A DNA stretch of 63,740 nt, counting the filler, from Craspedostauros australis (lineage: Eukaryota), in assembly GCA_030167865.1 (NCBI GenBank). It is 11 parts of 11 records of this genome, joined end to end, with 100 filler letters (N's around TTAATTAATTAA, not from the genome) between each part and the next. Parts side by side here need not be neighbours in the genome. Positions count along the whole stretch, not along the records: positions 16,126 to 37,161 come from JALAGF010004231.1; positions 37,262 to 39,419 come from JALAGF010004232.1; positions 39,520 to 41,228 come from JALAGF010004233.1; positions 41,329 to 59,934 come from JALAGF010004234.1; 7 more parts are not named here. One strand, given 5' to 3'. Below the pieces are notes generated by a model that did no database searches, was not told the DNA's origin, and was given only the letters and a program-made list of their open reading frames with translations. Both the position numbers and the translations under genes were made by a program. This document shows, piece after piece, positions 31,960-42,377 of this stretch (position 1 is the stretch's first letter; every line of letters begins with the position of its first letter).

Positions 31960-34704
31960 CTATTGTTTGCTCTTGAAGGCTTCCAAATCCAAATCGATTC
32001 CGCGCAACCCCTCGCAGCCTTTCGGAGTGAACCAGACCAGACTGTAGCGCTCCCCTACGAAGGGCATCGTCCAGTGACGTTGCGTCCAGCCGTTGAATTC
32101 GAGGCCCTTGTACCGGATGTCGTGCTTCGCTCCTTCCACGACTAGCTCCCCGCCGCTGTAGGTTCCCAATCCGACGATCAGGCTGGTGGATTGCCCGGCG
32201 CCCGCACCGCTGTCGGTGTGGGGCCGAAATTGGGCGTTGCGGTTGATGGCGATGGTGCTGCTGGGTTCGCGGTTGGGGCGCAGCTTTCGTTCCAGGGCGA
32301 AGGCGGCCTCGACGAGCTCGGGGAACATGGAGTTGGCCTTGGGTTGCTTGTTGATGCCGCCAGGCATGGCGCCGACCGAGAAGCTGCCACTGGCTCCACC
32401 TTGGCCTTGAGCGAAGGAGTATGCGGAGGACCGGGTGTGCTTGTTATGCTTGGCCTTGGAGAATGCCAACGACAGGGAGTCTGTCGATGACACAAGGCGT
32501 TGCGGCTGCGATTGATCGCCATTGCCATTGCTCTCGCCGCTCTTTTCTTCTTGCTGTTGCTGTAGCTGCTGCTGATCGGACACCATGACTAGTTGTCGTT
32601 TGGATGTCGTGGACGGCCATTGGCCGCTCTTGTCGGCCAAGCGCAAGTAATGAAGGACGGCTTCGTACAGTTGAGGGACTGTCGCATCGACATCATCCGC
32701 AGAAGTCGCTTCATTCGTTGGCTCACTAGCAGTGCCATCAGCGGACACGGCCAATTGCTTCGCGATGGTTGCGGTGTCAAGTTTCCATTTACGGTAATCC
32801 TGCAGCTGTTCCTTCGCAGTCTCGGACCATGGTACGAGGACGTCGTCGAACCACTTGCGAACGGAGCAAAGATCGCCGGTGCCGGAGTCCACACCCGATC
32901 GCAACCACCCATCGACGGCACGCTGGTACATGATGGACTGCCATTCCTGAACCCGTTGCAGGATGTGGTCCGAGTTGAAGCCTTTCTCGTACCGATCCGT
33001 GCTACGAGGGTTGAGGATTGCCTTCGCCTTGCCTTCCCAGGATATGTAGTAAGCCTCGGCCGCCATCATGGCATGGTTAGGCGCTGGTGGTGTGGGGATG
33101 AGGTGCGGGTAAGACTCATCGAAGACGCAGTCAACGAAATCGGGATCGATGATGCCGTTCGCCAGCGCGACGAGGACGCCGATGAGACGGCACACCTGAC
33201 CTTCGAGGAAGAGGTCGCCCTTCAACGAAAGCACGAGGAATGGCATGGAACGTGCTGCTGTAGCGGTTGGAAGTTTTGATTCGGCTGGCAGCAACGGATA
33301 GCGCAGCGTGGATCGATGGTAGAGACGGTCCAATCTTCTGTACGCGAGGTAATGGTGCGCCATGACTCGTGGGGTGAAATTGTGGAAGCGCTTGCGTTGC
33401 AGCATCCTGTCGCCACTCGCAACCATGGGTACCTCTTTCTCTGTATCTGCCTTCTCTTCCGATGATTGTGGTGACTCTGGTTTGGATTGCTCATTGTCGT
33501 TGTCGTTGTTGTGGCCATCGTCATTGGCGTCGTGGACTGGCGGATCGTTCTTGTTGCGCTTGGGTTTGCCCTTGAAGCGCTTTGGCTTTTGACGCAACCG
33601 CTTGCGGCTCCGGAGATGGAACTGTTTCTCTGCCACGGCATTCTGATCGTTGATATCAATCTCCACAATCCGCGTCGTGAGCGTCTGCATGATGCGCTTG
33701 AGGACGAGGAAGTACTGTCGGGCGTTGGGATGCGTGAAGGAGCTGTCCGTCTCGTGATTGACGGAGTGCCTGTGATTCTCGACGAATTCCGGTATCGTCT
33801 GTTCCATGCTGTCGTACTCCAATTGCAGATCGGAGCTTGAGGCACGTTGGACGGATTCTCGCAGCATGCAGAGCGGCACGATGTACTCGTTGCGGCGATG
33901 CGACATGTCCATCTCGGCGTTGAATTTGTTGTGCTGCAGCGCGAGGCGCGCCAGCAGACGCAGAGGCGAAAAGTCTGGCAGCGCCTGTGATGTGTCGCGG
34001 AGTGTCGCGCATCGTTTCTTCCAATCGGCTTCCAGGATGGTCTGGGTCTCGTCGACCCAACGTTCGTTGGTCATGGACCCTTGCAGCGGTGCAATCTTGA
34101 CGGCCAAGAGCTCCGTGATGGCGCCCGTGTCCTGATCCTGACGAATGAGGTTGGCATCGCGGTTCAACGTTCCGTACGATCGATTGATCTTGACGCTGTC
34201 CTCCGGAGCAGGAGGCTTCTTCTTGAGAGCGGGTTCCTTGGGATCGTCATTCTTCTCAACAATACTGTCGGTCGTGTTGTTGCCACTGTTGCCCCTGTTA
34301 CCACTGTTGCTGCCAACGGTGTTAACGGTGGTAGCGATGTTAGCGCCCCCCTGTTTGCCTCTGTCATCATCATCATCTCCTCCTTCTTCCTCATCATCAT
34401 GCTTTCGAATCGCACGCAGAAGCAACCTTGCAGCATCATCGCCATCCTTGATGAAGTTCGGAATCGCGATGTAACCAAACAGCAGCACGTTCTTTTGCTT
34501 CGGAGTGGAGGACCTGACGAACTTCTTGAAATCGGCATGATCCTTGGGACTGAGGCAGGCGCCGTCCGTGGAGGTCAGATGCTTGAACAGCTGGCTCTTG
34601 GATGGGAACGTCGCTGCGCAACCGGAGCAGACCGTTGGAGTGGGCGCGTGCTTGCGTTTCGACTTGGTCTGCTTCTTTGCATTGTTGGCATTGTTGGATG
34701 CCAT
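31960..34704 (-). CDS. 914-aa fusion: Zn finger + TruA/PUS1-like pseudouridine synthase domain + C-terminal 2OG-Fe(II) dioxygenase
   Basis: Zn finger CSGCAATFPSKSQLFKHL. PUS-like motifs in order: LLFGY, RQDQDTGA, FNAE...RRNEYIVP, FHNFT, YRRL, LKGDLFLEGQVCRLIG. Dioxygenase motifs: AINRN, PHTD, SLIVGLG.YSGGEL, H.T.PF.GERYSLVWF. Confidence 0.85.
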   Translation of the reverse strand: MASNNANNAKKQTKSKRKHAPTPTVCSGCAATFPSKSQLFKHLTSTDGACLSPKDHADFKKFVRSSTPKQKNVLLFGYIAIPNFIKDGDDAARLLLRAIRKHDDEEEGGDDDDDRGKQGGANIATTVNTVGSNSGNRGNSGNNTTDSIVEKNDDPKEPALKKKPPAPEDSVKINRSYGTLNRDANLIRQDQDTGAITELLAVKIAPLQGSMTNERWVDETQTILEADWKKRCATLRDTSQALPDFSPLRLLARLALQHNKFNAEMDMSHRRNEYIVPLCMLRESVQRASSSDLQLEYDSMEQTIPEFVENHRHSVNHETDSSFTHPNARQYFLVLKRIMQTLTTRIVEIDINDQNAVAEKQFHLRSRKRLRQKPKRFKGKPKRNKNDPPVHDANDDGHNNDNDNEQSKPESPQSSEEKADTEKEVPMVASGDRMLQRKRFHNFTPRVMAHHYLAYRRLDRLYHRSTLRYPLLPAESKLPTATAARSMPFLVLSLKGDLFLEGQVCRLIGVLVALANGIIDPDFVDCVFDESYPHLIPTPPAPNHAMMAAEAYYISWEGKAKAILNPRSTDRYEKGFNSDHILQRVQEWQSIMYQRAVDGWLRSGVDSGTGDLCSVRKWFDDVLVPWSETAKEQLQDYRKWKLDTATIAKQLAVSADGTASEPTNEATSADDVDATVPQLYEAVLHYLRLADKSGQWPSTTSKRQLVMVSDQQQLQQQQEEKSGESNGNGDQSQPQRLVSSTDSLSLAFSKAKHNKHTRSSAYSFAQGQGGASGSFSVGAMPGGINKQPKANSMFPELVEAAFALERKLRPNREPSSTIAINRNAQFRPHTDSGAGAGQSTSLIVGLGTYSGGELVVEGAKHDIRYKGLEFNGWTQRHWTMPFVGERYSLVWFTPKGCEGLRGIDLDLEAFKSKQ

Positions 34705-35248
34705 CGTTTCGAGGTCAACTGTTGCAGAAGTTTTGTGATGGGAAACACTCTGCCTTGTCTGGACTCTGTGGGTGCCCAGATCGCACTTGCACGATGCTTC
34801 TTGCACCTATCTGAGTGGAGAATGAAGATGGGACACCATGTGAGAGACTTGCTTGTTGATTGGAGTGGAGAGTGATGCCGAATCGGTCTTCCTGTTGATG
34901 TCTCTGCGTTTTGTGTTGATGTTGATGTTGAGGTTGATGTTGGGGAATGAATGGTGGCATTGCACTCGTATGAGTCGAAGATACGACCGTTGTTTCAGTC
35001 CCGTGTGTTCGGTTTCAAATCATCGGAGTTGTTGTTCTACAGGCTTCCTTTGGCTTGCGGTTGATGCCATCGTTGCGGTTCTCTTCATTTGCTACCTCGC
35101 ACCTCAAGAGGCTCCACTTGCGCTCAGCTCGAGAGAGACGCATTCATCCATCATCATCATCATCATTGTCATCATCATCATCATTGTCAAAGTACATCGT
35201 CCAGACACTCACTCACGATCCATCAACAAGCGCGCAAACAAGACAACG

Positions 35249-36373
35249 ATGGTGGTCATCATCGATTACAACGATCTGCTGTCGGAGGACAGGAACGAGG
35301 AACTGCTCAATTCGGTCGGCACCGCCGTGGGATCCTCGGACGATGCCATGGGCGTCATCTTCATCCGCAACGTCCCCGGATTCGTCGAGGCCAAGATGAA
35401 GCTGCTGCCGTGCGCCTACAAACTGTCGCAGCTGCCGCAGCAGCAGCTGGAACAGCTCGAGGACCCGCCCAGCTTCTTCAACGCTGGCTGGAGCTACGGC
35501 AAGGAGAAGCTCAAGCCCAACGTGCCGGACACCAACAAGGCGTCATTCTACTTCAATCCGGTCACAGACGTTCCAGGCACGCGGGAGGATCGGGACAAGT
35601 ATCCGGCATCGTATCCCTGCAACAGATGGCCCACGAAGGGGCTGCCGCAGTTGGAGCCGGCCGCCAAACATCTGGGATGCATGCTCAAGGATGTCGCCAT
35701 CCTCCTTTCGAAGCAGATCGATGCTTACGTCGCGGACGAAGTTGAGAAGCAGAATGAGGACGGGGCAAATGGGCAGAAGACGGGGATGAAGAAGCCCCTG
35801 TCGTTGTTCGAGATATTGGATGGCACGGAAAAGGTCAAGGGTCGGTTGCTGTATTACTACCCGCTGCCACCACAACAAGCAGACGAAACGAAGGAGGAAA
35901 CAGCTGCCAGCAACGACTCATGGATCGGATGGCACAACGACTCGGGTTTCCTCACGGCGCTGGCAGGCGACTTGTACTTCGACCCCGCCACCGGCAAGGT
36001 CGTGGACACCAAACCACAGAACACAGGGTTGCAAATCGTCGATCGCTCCGACGCACCGCGCCTCGTCACCATCCCGCCCGATTGCATGGCCGTGCAGATC
36101 GGCGAATGCACGCAGATCCTCACGGGCGGCCTCGTCGTCGCAACTCCCCACAGCGTGCGTGGTGCGCCGGGCATCGCGCGGGCCTCTCTGGCATGTTTCA
36201 TCGACACGCCTCCCGGCTTTCCCCTCACCATGCCCGACGGCGTCACGAGGCAGCAAGTCATCAAGAGTCAGCAATCCAAGCTCGTCCCGCCGCTCGAGCT
36301 GCGGTGGAAGCAGTCGGGCATGACCTTCGGGGACTTCCTTCAAACCACTTTTGAGCATTACTACGATTGGTGA
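35249..36373 (+). CDS. 374-aa IPNS/DIOX-like 2OG-Fe(II) dioxygenase
   Basis: ATG at 35249 (MVVIIDYNDL). Motifs G.IFIRNVPG, GWSYGKEKL, RLLYY, GWHNDSGFLT (HxD), VQIGE...ATPH (distal His) and R.S. Confidence 0.92.
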   Translation: MVVIIDYNDLLSEDRNEELLNSVGTAVGSSDDAMGVIFIRNVPGFVEAKMKLLPCAYKLSQLPQQQLEQLEDPPSFFNAGWSYGKEKLKPNVPDTNKASFYFNPVTDVPGTREDRDKYPASYPCNRWPTKGLPQLEPAAKHLGCMLKDVAILLSKQIDAYVADEVEKQNEDGANGQKTGMKKPLSLFEILDGTEKVKGRLLYYYPLPPQQADETKEETAASNDSWIGWHNDSGFLTALAGDLYFDPATGKVVDTKPQNTGLQIVDRSDAPRLVTIPPDCMAVQIGECTQILTGGLVVATPHSVRGAPGIARASLACFIDTPPGFPLTMPDGVTRQQVIKSQQSKLVPPLELRWKQSGMTFGDFLQTTFEHYYDW

Positions 36374-37261
36374 TGGCGATGGATCGGAGATGATGGCTCA
36401 AATATTAGTGAATTACAGATTTGTTCAACACAGTTCGCGCCACACATATGTACTATTCTTCGTCTCCTGCTTGGATGATAAGGATGTTGATTTGTTGGTC
36501 GCCGTCGCAGTGGATTATGGATGTGCCTTGCACACTCAATTGGGGAGCTCTGGTTATCACAAGGGCATTGCCACTTCACATTCGTGGAGACCGTCCTTTA
36601 ATTTCCTGTCATGGGTTGTTCTGACATGACTCAACACCACATGGATAGAGCAGCTCTGTCACCATCGTTTCGCGAAAGTGTGTTGTATTCTCGTACTATA
36701 TGATATAATACCGACAATCCTCCATGACCAAGTTCGATCGGCGTTGTTGCCATCACTCCTATATGTTGGTCTCTCTGGAGAGAAGTGACTGGAGCCCATG
36801 AACCTCGACTGTGTTGTTGGAAACCGCGGGTTCGGCGAAAAGAGATCTGGGATGATGATGGGAGTGACTTGTTTTCTGGTTCCAGATTTTGGCAACGCAT
36901 CAACAACCAACTCATCTCCTCGCATGTGTGTGCGCGCACCATTCCAACACCCATCTCTCTTCGCCTATTGGCTTTGATCTTGTGTAGTAACTGTTCTAAT
37001 TCCTTTAACAAGGAATTGTCGGGCATCGCCCGACACTTGTTAAAACTATTTTTGACACGGGGAGGATCCCTTTGTGCTTGCACAATATCTCTCCAAGGAT
37101 GGTCCTGGCATTTCACACACCGCCTTGACTGTCCACCACCCCCCATCCAACCTCCCCCCCCNNNNNNNNNNNNNNNNNNNNNNNNNNNNNNNNNNNNNNN
37201 NNNNNTTAATTAATTAANNNNNNNNNNNNNNNNNNNNNNNNNNNNNNNNNNNNNNNNNNNN

Positions 37262-39379
37262 CTTCGCTGCCATCTCCGCAATGACCTCCTTGCCCCTGCG
37301 CTCCCATTCGTTGCGGTTGGCCAACGCGTAGTTCAGATATTCGTCGCTCGAAATGCCGAACACACCGCAATCCTTCAGCTTCTTCGCCAATGGAATGATG
37401 TAATAATCGAAGAACCCGATCTCCCCCTTGTACCAGTTGTCCAGCGGATTCTGCTCTGCGCGACCGGCCAGGTACGATGCGTAGCACTCCTGGAAGAACC
37501 GTTCGTTCCACTTGCGATACACGTGCCAGTGCTGCATGGTGTGGGCGACGTCGGAAGCCTGGATCAAGTGCTCGATCACGATGGTCGCCTTGCGGTTCAC
37601 GCTGTCTCCGAATCGGCTTTCCTCTTCAGCGAGAGACGTGGCACCCTTGAAGGCCTTGTCCCAACGGGCGTTGCGCAACGCCTTCAGATCCTTGTCGGCG
37701 ATATCAGTCGCCATCACGGCGTTCACAACCAGCTGGCGGAAGCGCGTGAGCTCGGCCCCCGTCTCGCAGATGATGGATCGCAATTCATCGTACTCATCCA
37801 GCATCAGCAGATCCCACGCCAACACCAACGAGTTCTGCTCTGCCACACTCCGGTTGTTGTAGACAGAGGCGATGCGGGTGCCCTCCTTGATGAGCTGCGC
37901 ATTTGGAACTCCGCAATGATCAACATCATGGATCAGCGCTGCGAATGCGCATGCGAACTGCGTCAACGGATCTGACGTGATGCCGTAGGTGTGATCATGC
38001 AACGTCGCCACCACTTGGCTCGTTTCGGAACCCTGCGTCTTGTCGAGCAGATCCGATGGGCCCACGATCCGCGAAAGGAGCTTGATGACGGACATGGTCA
38101 CGTGAGAGGCGTGGTCGAAGTTGTGGAATGCGTTGCCTTGGTACATGCTGGCGATCATGCTGACGTAGCTGCGCAACTGCTCGACGACGACTGGCGAAAT
38201 CTTCACCGTTTCAGGATCCTGCTGTCGCAAGGCCACCTTTTTGTCGAATGCTGGCAACCTGATGATCTCCTGCACCTCGTCCAATGGCATGAACTGATCG
38301 TTGGACATTGCTCGGATGATGCCGTTCGAACTAGTTCGACGACTCCCCGACTGCTTCCGATGAGGGACGGTTTGAGCAGCCTCACGTCGCGCGACTATCT
38401 GTTTGATGAGCTGCAGAAGCATTTCGACGTTCCAGCCGACCAACCGCAGTGACCGTGCATCCAGGCCACTCTCAGTGCTCATGGACTGACGGGAATCTGA
38501 TGCATCGTGGCCGCTCTGGTTGGTCGAGTACATTCCTTTGTCGGAGGCACGGTGTCGGGAAGTGATCGGTGGTTGCGCGGGTGCGGACGGGGTGTTGGTG
38601 GATGAGGAATCCGTCTTGTCCTCCATGGCCATACCAGAATCGATCCAGTACCTGATTGTGCATGAGAGCGAGATGAANGTTGAAACAAGGTTTGGTATCA
38701 TGCGAATGAGAAGTGGAGTGAAGAAAAGGACGGCTTGTGGGGGTAAGCAAGGCATCTGGATGTATTGAAATGAATGGCCTCGATCTCAGAGGCAACGAGG
38801 CTGTTCAACATTGGGAGTTCAACATTGGGAATACAAATGTAACTGTACACAGTAGCAACAGTGTTGTGGATGAACGAACGAACGAACGAACTCACGTTTG
38901 CATCTCTCCCTTTCCTTTGGCTTCCACCAGACCTTCACGCTTGATCAGCCAGTGTCCCTTGCCGCAGGTCCTCACAACCTCAGCAGCTTCGGATGACAAA
39001 TGGATGCGGCCAACCGCACCGGTATGTTCGATGCGGGATGCGGTGTTCATGGTGTCGCCGAACAGCTGGAAGCGAGCACGTTCTCCACGCAGGACGCCGG
39101 CGGTGACCGGCCCGGAATGGATACCGATGCGCAGCGACAGGTCCCCTGTGTCCGGGCCCAATGTGATCTCGAGCTGCTTCGTGATGTAATCCATTCGTTG
39201 CAGGATGTCGCGTGCGAATCGCACCATCACGATGGCATGATCCTTCCTGTACTCTGGAATGCCAGACGCGGCGACGTAACAGTCACCAACAGTTTCGACC
39301 TTGAAGACTCGTCGCACGTTGGCCAGTTCATCGAAGGACGAGAACACGGTTTCCAACAGAGTGAACACTTGTGACGGCT
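37262..39379 (-). CDS. Class III cyclase-PDE fusion, partial (exons 39379-38896 and 38651-37262)
   Basis: Cyclase motifs PSQVFTLLE, FKVETVGDCYVA, LRIGIHSGPVTAGVL, RFQLFGDTMNTASR and KGKGEMQT. GT-AG intron 38652-38895 restores EMQTYW and joins in frame to the PDE exon. Confidence 0.93.
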
Positions 39380-39557
39380 CTACATGTTGCAGATGTTGTC
39401 CGAGTAGTTGGAGCGAATTNNNNNNNNNNNNNNNNNNNNNNNNNNNNNNNNNNNNNNNNNNNNTTAATTAATTAANNNNNNNNNNNNNNNNNNNNNNNNN
39501 NNNNNNNNNNNNNNNNNNNCAGCTCGTAGAGCAGCTCATAGAGCAGAGTAGAACATT

Positions 39558-40568
39558 CTACATCATGCTTTGGCTCATCAGTCCGTGGGCACCGACAAAG
39601 TGCGCGTCGGCAGTTTCTCCGGTGGCATTCTTGAGCATCATATTGATGATCATCATGGCTGCCGATGTGATCGTCGTGTTGGTGTTGACGATCGTTTCGT
39701 TGACGATCGTTTCGTTGCCGATTGGCATGTCCATCGTCGTGGATGCTGCCATGCTCATCTGCATCAGCATGCCGCATCCGTACAGCAGCAGGGCGGCAAC
39801 TGCGACAGCACTTCCGACGTAAAGGCGGAAGAGACTGATGATGCCGCGGAAGGCCAGGGTGAAGAGGAAGGAGTTGATCAGGCCCATGAACTGGACGATC
39901 ACCAGGTGCTGCATAGTGAGACATTCGGGGAAGCACATGTCCAGGGTGACTGCCGCCAGCATGGGGATGTTGAAGATCCACGAGTTGCCGTTGCGGAGGT
40001 CGGATGGGATGAACTGCTTCCATGTCATCAGCTGCAGCGAGAAGAGGATGGCTGGGATGGTGGTGTTGAGCTGGATCGCGTTGAGGAACGACATCAATGA
40101 CGGCGAGTCGCCCATGATGTTGCTGGCGGTGGGGAGATCGCCGCATAGACCGCAGTCCTTGAGCAGCAGTCCGATGATGCGGATGGTGGAGTAGTGGAAG
40201 AGGGCGATGGCCAGCTGGAATGCTTCCTTGTGGCACACGACGATCCTGTCTGGTCCCCAGATGACGGTCTTTTTGGGAACCTGCTTCATCAGTGAGTAGG
40301 CGTGTGTGGCGAGTGTCTCGTTGGAGAGCGTGGCGAATGCGACGAGGTATGGGTTGTTTGGGAACACGATGGCGAGCATCGCGGTGAGGAGGCAAGTGGA
40401 GCCAAGGATTCCGTGGAATCCAAACCTCAGCTTTCCGATCTTGAATAGGTAGGCATGCTTTCTGGCTTGGTACTTGCCAGTGGACTTCGGCTTGTGCATG
40501 CTCGTGTTCTTACTGTTTGTGGTGTTTGTGGTGATGTTTGCGCTTGTGGTGGTGAAGAGGTTCATCAT
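39558..40568 (-). CDS. 336-aa multi-pass membrane protein of unknown function (copy 1)
   Basis: ATG at 40568 (MMNLF), several hydrophobic segments and a coding-type codon bias. The upstream ORF extension is not shared with copy 2. Confidence 0.8.
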   Translation of the reverse strand: MMNLFTTTSANITTNTTNSKNTSMHKPKSTGKYQARKHAYLFKIGKLRFGFHGILGSTCLLTAMLAIVFPNNPYLVAFATLSNETLATHAYSLMKQVPKKTVIWGPDRIVVCHKEAFQLAIALFHYSTIRIIGLLLKDCGLCGDLPTASNIMGDSPSLMSFLNAIQLNTTIPAILFSLQLMTWKQFIPSDLRNGNSWIFNIPMLAAVTLDMCFPECLTMQHLVIVQFMGLINSFLFTLAFRGIISLFRLYVGSAVAVAALLLYGCGMLMQMSMAASTTMDMPIGNETIVNETIVNTNTTITSAAMMIINMMLKNATGETADAHFVGAHGLMSQSMM

Positions 40569-41366
40569 TTTGTTGGATTGATTTGGTGTGGTTTGGTTTG
40601 GTTTGTGGTGTTGTGCGATTGACCTTTTGTGGATTTGTGAGTTTGTGAGGAGTGGAGAGGCAACAAAAGTTGTTTCCTCGGCCATCCAGTCTGTGCTCAC
40701 TTTTTGTTTGCACTTTGGGGGAAGAGTGCACAAAAGGATGAGATGGGCATCCCACCTCTGCATACCACACGTTGCAACTTTGTTGTTCGGAGTGCAACAC
40801 GTTGAACCATACCTCGGAGTAACCTTGTTGTCGCGATCTTTTGCGATCTGTCGTGATCTGTCGTGATTTGTCGTTGTACAGCGAGGTTGGACATACACAG
40901 TCCCAGTGCGATGTTGGAAAACTCCGTCGTTGCGCACAGGAAGTGGTCTTCGTTTGTGAATCGCGCACTGCTGTTGTGAGTGTTGTTGATGGCGTCTATT
41001 GTCAGTTGGGGAGTTTGGTTGATGGACGAAGTCCAAACGACACAAAGAGCTCAAGATCGTTGGAGGATTTATTGGACTGGAAAGAAGTGGGCATAGGCAC
41101 TGGAGAACAAGAACATGTCTGTCATATTCGTCATGAAACATCCCAAAAGGCGAAGCCAGAGAAGCACTCACAAGGTTGCGTTTGGATCGACCACGAACAT
41201 GTGAAGACGAACCACCACAAGAAAACTGNNNNNNNNNNNNNNNNNNNNNNNNNNNNNNNNNNNNNNNNNNNNTTAATTAATTAANNNNNNNNNNNNNNNN
41301 NNNNNNNNNNNNNNNNNNNNNNNNNNNNCAGCTCGTAGAGCAGCTCATAGAGCAGAGTAGAACATT

Positions 41367-42377
41367 CTACATCATGCTTTGGCTCATCAGTCCGTGGGCA
41401 CCGACAAAGTGCGCGTCGGCAGTTTCTCCGGTGGCATTCTTGAGCATCATATTGATGATCATCATGGCTGCCGATGTGATCGTCGTGTTGGTGTTGACGA
41501 TCGTTTCGTTGACGATCGTTTCGTTGCCGATTGGCATGTCCATCGTCGTGGATGCTGCCATGCTCATCTGCATCAGCATGCCGCATCCGTACAGCAGCAG
41601 GGCGGCAACTGCGACAGCACTTCCGACGTAAAGGCGGAAGAGACTGATGATGCCGCGGAAGGCCAGGGTGAAGAGGAAGGAGTTGATCAGGCCCATGAAC
41701 TGGACGATCACCAGGTGCTGCATAGTGAGACATTCGGGGAAGCACATGTCCAGGGTGACTGCCGCCAGCATGGGGATGTTGAAGATCCACGAGTTGCCGT
41801 TGCGGAGGTCGGATGGGATGAACTGCTTCCATGTCATCAGCTGCAGCGAGAAGAGGATGGCTGGGATGGTGGTGTTGAGCTGGATCGCGTTGAGGAACGA
41901 CATCAATGACGGCGAGTCGCCCATGATGTTGCTGGCGGTGGGGAGATCGCCGCATAGACCGCAGTCCTTGAGCAGCAGTCCGATGATGCGGATGGTGGAG
42001 TAGTGGAAGAGGGCGATGGCCAGCTGGAATGCTTCCTTGTGGCACACGACGATCCTGTCTGGTCCCCAGATGACGGTCTTTTTGGGAACCTGCTTCATCA
42101 GTGAGTAGGCGTGTGTGGCGAGTGTCTCGTTGGAGAGCGTGGCGAATGCGACGAGGTATGGGTTGTTTGGGAACACGATGGCGAGCATCGCGGTGAGGAG
42201 GCAAGTGGAGCCAAGGATTCCGTGGAATCCAAACCTCAGCTTTCCGATCTTGAATAGGTAGGCATGCTTTCTGGCTTGGTACTTGCCAGTGGACTTCGGC
42301 TTGTGCATGCTCGTGTTCTTACTGTTTGTGGTGTTTGTGGTGATGTTTGCGCTTGTGGTGGTGAAGAGGTTCATCAT
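41367..42377 (-). CDS. 336-aa multi-pass membrane protein of unknown function (copy 2)
   Basis: Same coding sequence as 39558-40568 (offset 1809). Confidence 0.8.
   Translation of the reverse strand: MMNLFTTTSANITTNTTNSKNTSMHKPKSTGKYQARKHAYLFKIGKLRFGFHGILGSTCLLTAMLAIVFPNNPYLVAFATLSNETLATHAYSLMKQVPKKTVIWGPDRIVVCHKEAFQLAIALFHYSTIRIIGLLLKDCGLCGDLPTASNIMGDSPSLMSFLNAIQLNTTIPAILFSLQLMTWKQFIPSDLRNGNSWIFNIPMLAAVTLDMCFPECLTMQHLVIVQFMGLINSFLFTLAFRGIISLFRLYVGSAVAVAALLLYGCGMLMQMSMAASTTMDMPIGNETIVNETIVNTNTTITSAAMMIINMMLKNATGETADAHFVGAHGLMSQSMM

Noticed and set aside
36631..37146. 171-aa ORF next to a poly-C contig end
   Set aside because: No recognisable motif and a non-ATG start; a repeat fragment is possible but unsupported.
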